Below are positions 53,175 through 64,000 of a stretch of DNA of 64,000 bases, in pieces (positions within the stretch are counted from its first letter, which is position 1; each line of letters starts with the position of its first letter). The translations under genes and the position numbers were made by a program. This DNA comes from Phoronis australis. Lineage: Eukaryota; Animalia; Phoronida. The stretch spans positions 758,362-822,361 of the forward strand of contig NMRA01000007.1 in NCBI GenBank assembly GCA_002633005.1. Direction: 5' to 3'. The notes under the pieces are model-generated. The model was not told where the DNA came from and did not search any database. It was given only the letters and a program-made list of their open reading frames with translations.

Positions 53175-55760
53175 CGAACATATGACTTATGAGACTTGAG
53201 AGGAAAATTCTGCCTTACGCTCCACACAACTAGTTCATCAAAATACTTTTATGTCACTGAGCAAAGTACAACAAATCTGAGCATATACCCACGATTGTCA
53301 ATTAATGGGATTATTTGCTAAACTGTAACGTGTTAACTCCAGTCAACATTTTTGACTTCAGCCTGTCATTTTTTGCATGAATCTGACGTCAGATAAACAG
53401 AGTAAGTCTAACGCATCAGTCAATTAGGATTTAGAATATGTGGAAGTTAAATCTTACAAGAAGCATAAAATTATAAAAACACTAAAAAGCAACGTTTATT
53501 TCTTACAAATCCGAATAACTGTCTTTCATTCAATCCATCCAGACATTTTAATTGCATGGCGGATGATTCGAGACCGAGGTCGATGGTAACGTTATTGAAT
53601 AGTCTCCATAACATTGTTTTTTGGCATAGCAGTATGATATTTCTGATTTTTGTCAAATCTTTGTCTGCCCAAAATTACTGAACTTTTGCCCGTTATTTTC
53701 GTTCCCACCAACCACGTCATAAATTGCTTATTGAGAACAAACACCACTATTTCATATATTTTCGTGTGTGCCACGTACTCTATATTAGACTCTTATAAGT
53801 AATAAAATGAATAAATGGCAAAAAGTAACCATCGCTTGTTGGATTTTTACACTACGTTATTGAATTATCTATCACAATAGGGCGTCTCAATAGTATAGAT
53901 TTCATTTTAATCGCACGGATGAGCGGCCCTCTATAACGAGCAGTGGGTAACATAACAACCAGCGTTACACCTCACTGACGACAAATCGTGGCTAATTTTA
54001 CCTGAAAACGATACTCTTCAAGCTTTTCAGCTCTCATAATTTAGATACACGCATGCTGAATGGTTTTCAAAGACTGCAGTCGGCCAGATGCAACTATGAA
54101 GTTTGCTAGGATTTCACAGTGGTAACTTTAAGATCATATTCTACACGACAAAATGACAGACGGAAGAAAAAACAAGGCCTTCACGAGTATGAAGTTACCT
54201 TTTTGTTCACGCTGACGGCTCGACGTTGAAATGTCAGTTGTGAAAGACAATTGCAGAGCTCGGGGCAAGTATGCCCCATATGATACGCTAAATAGTCCAA
54301 ATGGTTTTATTCTCGAGTGAAAATCAAAAAAAAAAAATGTGACGCTGCACTAGGCTAGAAAATAAATCACTTTAAAGTCTCCATAGGCGAAATAAAGAGC
54401 GGTTCTGCATCATAAAAAGTCACTTAAGACTTAAGATCTCACTTCACAATTACTTAATACAGTTTTTGACATGAAATTGTTAACACATTACAGTTTAGAA
54501 ATAATTTATTTAAAGTTCTCTGAGCAAGCTGGTCTTGGGTAGGTTTCAGAGGCCTTACGATTTTGCCAAGGTAAGATATAATTATTTTTCAAAAATAGTT
54601 GCGTGGAGCGTAAGACGAAATTTCTAAATTATTTTTTTCTCATGAAACGGACTAAGATTCGGTTTTTAATATTCTGCAGAAAATTAATTATACGGGATGA
54701 CTTCTTGAAGTAAACGTGAAGGAACTTCTAGTCCACACCAAACGTCATTCATTTCAAATCCGCTTGAACCATATTCTGCTGTTAAGAACACTATCAACCT
54801 TCTTCTAAGGCACATCTGCTATTCCAAAGCAACGCCATCGCGTTATCCTTTGTTTGAATTGAAACTGGTTAAAATAAAGCGCTAGGAATTCCTCTGATGG
54901 GCACGCGACCTCGACCGAAGCTAACACGCCGTGACAAGCAATTGAATGGGCGTGGTCTGAAGCAAAAACACCATGCCATTTCTTCTCATGAAATCATTTC
55001 TAAAATGAGTAAAAAAAAAAACATACGAGAGAGATGTTGTAACACCAAGTAGCCTAAATCAAACTTGGCGCGGGTTCATCGCCACTCTAAAAATTAGTTG
55101 ATGCTATGGGCAACAAGGTCCCACGATCAAACATGTATATCTGCATCAAAATTCAGAAATGTAAATTAGCCATCAAAATTCCGTGTATGGCTGTAGCAGA
55201 GACAGTTTTGTTGAATAAATGGTCGTTTGTGTTTGCCTTGTGTGTTTACGCGTGTAGGCTGTCAATATTGGCGGGGGTACCTTGCGCAAACACCAATCCA
55301 TCACTCGACAGTCGCACAGGACAGCCGCACAAAGATGACAATGTTCAACGGAATATCAAAAGACTACAATCGTAAGGACTCATAGGGTAGTGCTGAATAT
55401 CGAATGTCTAGGATCGTAACCGATTCTTTGGAACGGCATTATGTCATAAACGAACCTTCGAGTTCTTGGCGCTTTTTAAACACAACACAAACAAGCAAGC
55501 GCTTCGTTTTGATTCTTTGATCTAGTAACAAATTACATAAGGAAGAACCAGAGTTGCATCCAATCTAAAAACAAATATATTTAAGACAGCAAGAACCTAA
55601 GTAGATATTACAGCAAACTTTCCCATAACAATTTTCATTTCGAAACCCGATGATTGAGAAATAAAAAAAAACAACGTCACCGCTTATGATGAAAGCCAAG
55701 CACGCGTGGCGGTGACGTTTGAATCATTCTTGCGATCTGAATGGATGGTTACTTTTATAA

Positions 55761-55922
55761 AGACCTGGCGTGCGTTCAGTAGACGCTAGGACCTACGCTA
55801 GGACCTAGCTAAAACCTAGTCAAAGTCACGTGTTCTTATTTGAAATGCACGGCAATATCTCACGTAATCTCGTGAAGTCTTGCTTTTTAGCGAGGTCCTA
55901 GCGTTACTGAACGGGTGGCTAG
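55761..55922 (+). mobile_element. ~150 bp MITE family (copy 3 of 3)
   Basis: Same sequence family as 21022-21170, with a short internal duplication of ACGCTAGGACCT. Confidence 0.8.
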
Positions 55923-56078
55923 CATAGTGACTTTCAGCCATGTTTGTTACATCAAGACCTTCAATGCGTGAAGACAATATCCAACAAAGGACCAACCATT
56001 AGCCATGTAAGCAGTAACGCCCCCTTGGGGTGACCACCAGGTTCTGTTTAAACAAAGTGACCAATTAATGCTAACACA

Positions 56079-59000
56079 TTTATTGAATCAACAAATTGCA
56101 CATATAACAGTTGCCATTAAGACATCACTGTATAACTAATGAGAAGACCAGTGTTACCATGGTTACACGAGGACACCTATCATGCAAAGGCAAGCAAATA
56201 CAAACATGGCAGATTAAAATTACAAACAATTTAGAAAACGTAGTGAAAATTTTCACATCAAAAAACAATGGAAACTCTCACAATTCTAAATTGTTCTTTG
56301 GTTTTTTAGGTCTAAATCCTGAACGACGGTCAGTTGCTTAGATTAGGTGGTTGGGTGAGGTGTGTGGTTGTCAAATATTGGCAGATAAAATAATATGTTG
56401 TCTGTTTATTCCTTATCAGTTTCATCAGGGAAGCAATTTCAGTTGAGATGTCACCTCAGTCAAGACATGTCATGACATGCCAGCTCTGTCATGTCAGTAC
56501 AGTAATGTCACTTCAGCCATGTCACATCAGTCATGTCGCATCAGTCATGTCAATTCCCTTAGTCAGCCCAGTTGAAATTAAGTACAGAGCTAACATAGTT
56601 TTAAAACCTTTCAAAATCAGAATTCAAACCTCAGAATTCAGTAAAGAGCTCACATGATTTACAAGTGAGGAGAAAAATTTTGGGGATTTCATCTATGACA
56701 CTGTTTACATTTTTAAAATGCATTGTGGGATTATTGTTGGCCCGTAAACATCAATGGGCAAAGAATGCTTTAAAATTCACATTCACTAAAACAAAGCTCA
56801 AAGCCGCATTTTCCCCATTTAGCACCCTAAAACAATAATTGAATTAAACTTTTTACTCTCAAAATTTGTCTCCTAATATTGTTTACCCTAAAAGGATGCT
56901 TTTTGGTTACCAAGAAGAACATGGAAACAATTAACAATTCAAGAAGAAGCACTACAGTTTATTAAGGTTGACCAACACTAAAATTCTATATTTCATTACT
57001 GGCCAACCTCAGGGTCTACATATTTACTAAAATTCTAGATTTGAAAAATAAGCATTACCTGCCAGGTGAGCTGAGGGCTCAATCTGCAACAATTTGAGAT
57101 CCAACGAGCGTGGCAATGTTTTTAAACCAAAGCACTTCGGTTAAAAAATCAACACAGACAGCAGGGGCAATACGCAGCTTAAAAACACTTTAAAAGCAGA
57201 CATACACAACTAGCACTTGAATTGTTCCATCAATTTCCTGTTCACCTATTGTTAAATGACAAGTAAGAATTCAGGCAGTTTGGCACAAGAGCACTAAAGA
57301 CACACACGCTACACTGCTGCTTTAAAAATCTGATGCAAAAAGTACAAAACAGTTTAAATTAAAGTTACATAAACAATCACATGGATACAATAATAACAGT
57401 TAAATAAAACTTTAAGTACTGCAGTAAGGACAGATTTGTACTCAACAGAACAGCAACAATCAAACGCTCATGAGCATCGCTAAAATGGGACGAGAACACG
57501 TATTGGGCATATAACTACACACTTTCACATACTCTTGCAGTTCATCTACAAAGATTTAGTAAATGAAGAAGCTGTCAGATATAAATAAGCATCACCTGGC
57601 CAATGAACTGTGGAGAGAACAATTGGCAATTTGACCAAAGAGGGAGTTAGCGTAGGACTGTGCCAGAGTCTGACATTGTAAACTATGCATCACAAGTCTC
57701 CATTACAGAATGCCTAGGTATAATTTTCAAATTAAAAAGGTCAACTAACATACGACACCACGGAATACAGTCATATTACTGACGAGGATGCAAATAGGAC
57801 AGCAACAAAGAATCCTGATCAGAGGAAGCGTTTTGCGTAAGGTAAATTTAGAAACTACGCAGTTACAGAATGCTTTCCAGAAATGGTTGTTAGTGGGACA
57901 TCCAATGATCATAATTTTCTTGTTTGTGAGAGTGACCAATGTCCATTAGAACTGGTGACCACGAGTTTTAGAATGTATACTAATGGCTGAACTAACTCAC
58001 GCAAAACAATATTTAGTGTAACAAGGTTTCGCGTACACATTTACTCTGTAAGCCAACAGCAGCACGTATTATCTGACTGGTATCTGACCGGACGTATATC
58101 CATATGTTACCACATGCGGAATATTCAAACGAAAAAACGTGATCTTATCTTTTAACATCGAGTGTCAAAAGTAATGCCAAGAATCCATTTCCGATTTCCG
58201 TAACTGGGGTTCATTTTTGCTGTTTACCTAACTCATAAATTATCTCTCTGTCGACCTATTTTTTAGCGGACTCACAAAGTGTCGTCAAGTTCCCACAACG
58301 TGTTGTTTGACAGTTCATGGTGAGCCGACTTGTTGTTGAGTCAGTCTAGCCACCTGGTGACTGCTCAGATTAAACTCAATACGCATCTAGACACCAAGAG
58401 CTTTACCTAGACACTGGTTCAAATCATTGCAATCGATCAAGATGACACTTATATTAGTAATTATGCACATTAAAAATGACAAGTAAAACTCACGCAACAT
58501 CAGTCTCTACTGGATGTTTGTTTACACATAAAGCACCAACATTCCCTAGTGTGATGTTCCCATGTTTGTTGGACCCTGGAGAATTACCCATGACGTTCCC
58601 CCAAAAATGAATGCAATTGGTCCTTTTCAGACCTTTTCGGAAAATGATATAAAAACATTCAACCTTTTGAGCTGAGCTTTAAATAAACAAACCAAAACAA
58701 GTCAATCTACTTGGCGGATCCAATACAGCTGATGTACAATCAGCCCGCAGTTGCAAACAAACAGGTAATAGTTACTTGAAAACCAGTTTCTCCACTGAAT
58801 AACAGGCATGAAACTGGTTCTAAAAATCCGCGACCCCCTGCAACTGACAAACACAACACTGTGAGGCACAGTCTAAATGAAACACAATCGAGTGAATGAA
58901 CTTCTAAATAGTTGCCTCTTGCCGCATCAACCAAGAGACCATTGGCCTCTAGGTTGACCATCCTGGAACTTGAACTTCATGACCTGTGACCTTTGAACTT
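56079..59000 (-). other. Probable long 3'UTR of the EHBP1-like gene, with AATAAA at 56079-56084 (alternative near 56405)
   Basis: CpG-poor and T-rich on the minus strand, following the stop codon. Composition changes near 55950-56080, where the AATAAA lies. Confidence 0.4.
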
Positions 59001-59082
59001 TCACTGAATAGAGCAGCTCTTTTCCTCCTTGACCAATGCACCCCCACTGAGCTGCTGACGCGTAGCCTCATCTTCAGCAATA
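59001..59082 (-). CDS. EHBP1: Terminal coding exon of a CAAX-box protein, probably EH domain-binding protein 1 (IAEDEATRQQLSGGALVKEEKSCSIQ*)
   Basis: Strong acceptor (TTCTTCTTCTGTTTCAG|), 26 codons, then TGA. The CSIQ CAAX box and the AEDE...KEEK-CxxQ pattern resemble the EHBP1 C-terminus as I recall it (...KKEEKCVLQ). Its position upstream of and co-oriented with Otx fits the known Ehbp1-Otx linkage. No other exons were found in the window. Confidence 0.75.
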
Positions 59083-60880
59083 CTGAAACAGAAGAAGAAG
59101 GTGCTCACTGATTTGATCATGTTCACCGCACGTGTAAAGATCAACTCAATTATAATGTCATTATGGTAAAACCTTATCAATTTAGGACATAATGTTGGAC
59201 AAATGAAATCCCCACATTTTCAACTTGGCACTTTACCCTTTCGCCTACCATTTTGAGCGCAGTACGACAAAAAAATGCAGGTTTAGAAGCATTCAAGAGC
59301 AATTTTGACAACAAAATGGCTGCCGCTTCAACCATCTTGAATTTAATCATGAGAAATAGGCGCAGAGCTTTTTACAAGGCACGTTACGGGAAAATTTCAC
59401 AATGATTATATCAGAAATGAAACCTGTAGCATGCAAACAAGGAATAAAATATCAAATTTTAAAACCCACTAACATTCTTGGCATTCGCCATGCAATTATC
59501 AGTATGAGGTACTAGGACAACAGTCTATGTTTACATAGATGGTTAACAGGATTATGATGGCTGTCAGGTGACTCTTTCACTTGTCAAGGGGCCCAGTGGA
59601 CTGGGACAACTGGTGGGTGAGACAGACTCCCACACACCTTGTATGTAAAGCAAACACAATGTTCACCTTGTTAAAGACAGGCAACCTTTCGAGCATGACC
59701 ACTAAGATCTTGAATAACCAGAATTTCGCTTATTTTTATCGTCGAAAACATCTATTTATTCTGAATGGCCTGCTCAACAAAGGAACACAAGTTTCTGCGA
59801 GGATCCCGAGAGAAATGAAATACAAGAGTAACATATGAAATATAACGTACAGCTGATGCGAAGGGCCTTAAATACCAACGACGACACATTGATGTTTTGG
59901 GAATTCTCCGTCTACTAACACCACAGTTTACATCTGTAATCTTCTAGTAAAAAAAGTTAAGTTTGCATGAAAGGCCCCTACACCAAATCTATACGGACAC
60001 CAGTGTCCATTTATTTACCTATCATTTCTCACAGGCTCCTAACAATCCAATTCACAGACAGTGACTTATTAAGCCCATGATGACACAGCCTCTAAACAAC
60101 CTCCTTGGTTATACAGTGTCTCCAGTGGTCTATCAGCTGTCCACAAACCAAACACCAGCACAATACCATAGTATCCACAACAGGCTAGGCCAAGGAACAC
60201 CAGACACTGACAGTTCAAGCGGCCCATCCCACTACACCACACAAGACAAAAGGTAAGGTACGTAAAGCAAGACACGTCGATACTGATACTGCCATACACA
60301 CCACATGTTGGTGCAAAATGGCAACACAGGTGTCAAGAATCGGGATTGACACTCTGAGCATGACAGGTAGCTGATTAGACAGCGTCCCGAATGGTTGTCA
60401 CAAGAGACATGTTGTCATGGCGACACCGCCATGCAACCTAGACTGAACAGTGCGGTGTACCAAAACTGTGCAGGTCAATGATTGACTGAGGTGGCTCTTA
60501 TTCACTTGTCTACTTCTAATAGAGGTGTCCAATAACACCTTTTTAGTGAATCAATGACACATACTTCTGAAGACAATGTAAGACAGTGACAAATTGAGAC
60601 GAAAATGGCACGTTTCTTAAAACACATCCTTGTATGTAAGCTGATTTATTTCTAATGAGATTTACAATAATTCATTGATTACCTGATCAAATCTAGTTGC
60701 CAAAATTGTCTTTTTTATTTTCAAATGCAGACGGCTTCGCTACAAAGGCCAATTTCTGTCAAGGGTTTTATTGACAGCTCGGCGCAAAAACACATACTAA
60801 GAACTGTGTAGAATTTCCTAAATGTTTTTCCTGGAAAACAAAGTTCTTCATCACCACGTCTTACGTATAAAGGGTGAAGA

Positions 60881-60952
60881 ATCACTTAAGTGTTAGGGTA
60901 ACTGTAAACCTTGTTTATCACTTAAGTGTTAAGGTAACTGTGAACCTTGTTT
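60881..60952. repeat. Tandem duplication, 2 x 36 bp
   Basis: ATCACTTAAGTGTTA(G/A)GGTAACTGT(A/G)AACCTTGTTT occurs twice. Confidence 0.9.
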
Positions 60953-63900
60953 ACAAGGTTGTACTGATGTGTAAATGTCTTAAATTCTGTTTGTTGTAAC
61001 ACCTAAAAAATATTTATTTTCTGAAAGGTGAATACACTTCCTAACAAAATTTATTATTCTTATTTATTTGTCTTTATTTTTTCACAAAATATGCATTCTT
61101 TAGTAATTTTTTTACTTTGAACAGACATTTTTAAAATATTGTTCCTCTAATCATATTGGTCTTTTGTAAACATGTTGATAACACCATTTTCAAGGGAACC
61201 ATGCCTCAGATTTTTGAAATAGGTCTTAAAAGGGAACTGTGTTTTATTCTGAATAAATTTTGGATAGTTTTCTATGAGCTGTTGATTAATTTCACAAATA
61301 ATTCAACATCAAAAAGTAAGCTTGTATTCTCTAACGAAGCAAAAAAATTGCCCGCTTGAAGTGCTGCTTCTCGTGACGTATTTCGCTTTCAGGATTCAGT
61401 GTTTTGACCATGAATACGAATCGGCTTTTGTTTGGCGCACAAGTCAGGCAAATGTGAGTTTTATTTGTATGTTGGAACCAATTAACTGTAATATTATTTT
61501 GACTACGGTCCCCTTTTAATTAACCACTTTTTAGAGCATTTTGAGCAAAAAATGGTCGTGATCTTGATTTTTGAAGGCTTTACTATAAAAAAAAACTAAG
61601 ACCTGAATTGAGATTCTAAGACACAGTTCCCATTGGAAGGTAACAAATAGCAAATATTCGAAATTTCATAGCAATACATTCAAGCAACTCGGAGAAATCG
61701 ATGTTCAAGATTTGAAATAAACTCCAAAATCGCAACGTGAGAAATCAGTAATAACGCACAGTGGTGATCGAGAAGTGCACATTCGGCATCATATCAGAAG
61801 TTTCAGAAGTTTCTTTACTGTCACAGCTAGTAATTTTGTTTTGAGGTTTACAATTATGTTAAATAGCGTTGAACAGAATTAGATCCACAAACAGGCTCCA
61901 ATATGGAACCATGTTTCTCAAAAATGATGTTACATTTTTCTAAAATACCAATTTGTTTTTGTGTTACGCATCTTTCATTTTTATTCAAAAAACATAAAAT
62001 CCCTATATTTGTAGCTTCTCATGCAAAAAGTGGAACACTTTAAAAACAAATCATACAAGTGCCTTGGAGAACTGCACACAAAGTATGGAATGTGAATGTT
62101 CCAAATGAATCCAATCAGCCATTTTTGAGATATAATGTTGCGAACTTCATTAGCTAAATTTGGACATTTTTGGGGGTCCTACATATTCCTAATTGCACAT
62201 AGTGCTTCCCATTCCATGTCAGTTACCCAGTTCACACTTGCAACTTTAATAAAGCTTAAACCCTTTTGTGACTCAAGTTAGTTTACGAACTGTGCGTAAA
62301 TGCTACCAGATTAGCTGTAATCGTCACAACCAGAGCCCGTTTGAGGAGGTGGCTTCGAGCCGAATTAAGCCTGGGTCAAGACGTGCCTCACGTATGTGAA
62401 CGGGCAACTGAATCACATCGTTAGGGGAAGTCATATATGCTGACGCATATGCAAATCTAGATTCTTGTGCCTATCTCCGTCCAAGATTTCCAGCGTTAAT
62501 TCAGGATTGCTATTCTCCACACTACTTACAAAATTAAAAAAAGAAACAGTAAGTAAACGTTGCCAAAACAATCCAATCACCTGTCATTTTATCAGTGTTT
62601 ACAAACAAATAGAAGCAAGTTCTTGACTAGAAGGTGACAAGTGTGCATGCACAGGATTATTTCAGCACAGCGTCTAAACCGATTCGGCACTAGTAAAGTA
62701 GACGCAGAGACGAGCCAATTTCAACCAATAGGAATAAATTGATTTAAAGCAAGTCCATACCGAGCTCCAGTGTAAATGGCGGTAAATACAACCTGCATAT
62801 TTCCTGTTTATACACGGGCTTATATTTGAGGGCACTTGAAAGGCAAAAAATACATCATCTTCAAATATACGTCCTAGGGTTTATTATAAGAAATTTCTGG
62901 TAGAAAGATTCGCAAGACCATGGCTGAAAAGACCACAAGACAAATAAAAGAAAAACGATGTTTTCCAAAATTACAGAAAACAGACATCAAGCTCTCTTAC
63001 AAGTTAAGCAGAAAAACGTAAATGTTTAGTGAACTGAAATGAGAATGTAAATCTTGTATTCCTTTCCAGGTCACTTATTACTGAATGAACCCGAAGCAAA
63101 AAAGATAACAATATCACAGAAGAGAGAAAAACAAATTTAAACTATAAGGTCAGTGGTGAATCTTATTATGAATGTATTGATTATTCATAAAAATATGCTT
63201 TACTCGGCCACTTTTCCTGAGTGAACAACGCATGTGTAAACGTGGATGCGACTCAGCCCACAATTATCATCACCCCAACAAATGACAAAACAAACTCTCC
63301 AAGTCACTCAGTAGGATGTAACGACCCTTATCGTGCATTAAGCCGACTAGAAACAAGTGGCGAAAAGCCTAGAGAAAAAAAAACGTAGGCCACTACATCA
63401 CCTGTAAAGAGTGATTGCTGGGAGCTTGAGTGCCGCGTATGTGTGACTGTGTGTGTGTGCGTTTGTGTATAGAGAAGGGCTAATAGCCTTCAAGCCTGTA
63501 AGAGTATTACTCTGGATTAGAGGCTAGTTTCAATACTTTACAACAGGTTGATAGCTGTTTATGTATTTGATGATAACAGCAGGCAGACACAGTGCCAATC
63601 CAGCAATGAGATGCTTTAGTTTAAGGGTGTTACTATAAGCCAGTTATACTACACTAAATCTAATAGTTTTAACAAACATATCTGACTACCGAGCAGTCAG
63701 GACTTACGGGCTACTTCAGTAATGATCGTTTGTCAACTTAAAAAATCTCACCACAGTAGGAACCAATAAGGAAGACATGTCAAACTTGTCATGAAAAAGC
63801 ACTACCATATAAATACCTTACAACTTAATTTCTGTACTGTAGCGACCTTCAGATAATATCTATAAAAATGTAATTGTCTTACAATTTCAAACAAAATTTC

Positions 63901-64000
63901 CAGCCCAAGATTAGACACAATTTTTGCCATTTTTAAGGGGATGAACTAACCAACAAAATAGATATCTAATATGTGAAACAAACAGTGTTAGTAGGAAAAA

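Noticed and set aside
59085-64000. Further EHBP1 exons
   Set aside because: No bMERB-like frame with suitable splice sites was found by eye. The region appears intronic, with repeat fragments.

Overview
AT-rich genomic DNA from a bilaterian invertebrate (spliceosomal introns, MITEs, a SINE, microsatellites; no prokaryotic features). The window is centred on a minus-strand Otx/orthodenticle homeobox gene with three core coding exons (30058-30193, 27046-27197, 23599-24126; 271 aa when spliced by hand). The protein has a K50 homeodomain, a WSP motif and an Otx tail. Several candidate promoters and first exons converge on one in-frame acceptor at 30241, which suggests N-terminally distinct isoforms. 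About 29 kb upstream on the same strand is a terminal exon ending in a CAAX box (...KEEKSCSIQ*), which resembles the C-terminus of EHBP1 and fits the ancient Ehbp1-Otx microsynteny. Almost everything else is non-coding: candidate enhancers (notably a phased GATA cluster plus Otx sites in an Otx intron), several TIR elements, and one unexplained plus-strand exon-like ORF encoding a KRR-preceded 6-Cys peptide. All splice calls and counts were made by hand and need RNA-seq or homology confirmation.
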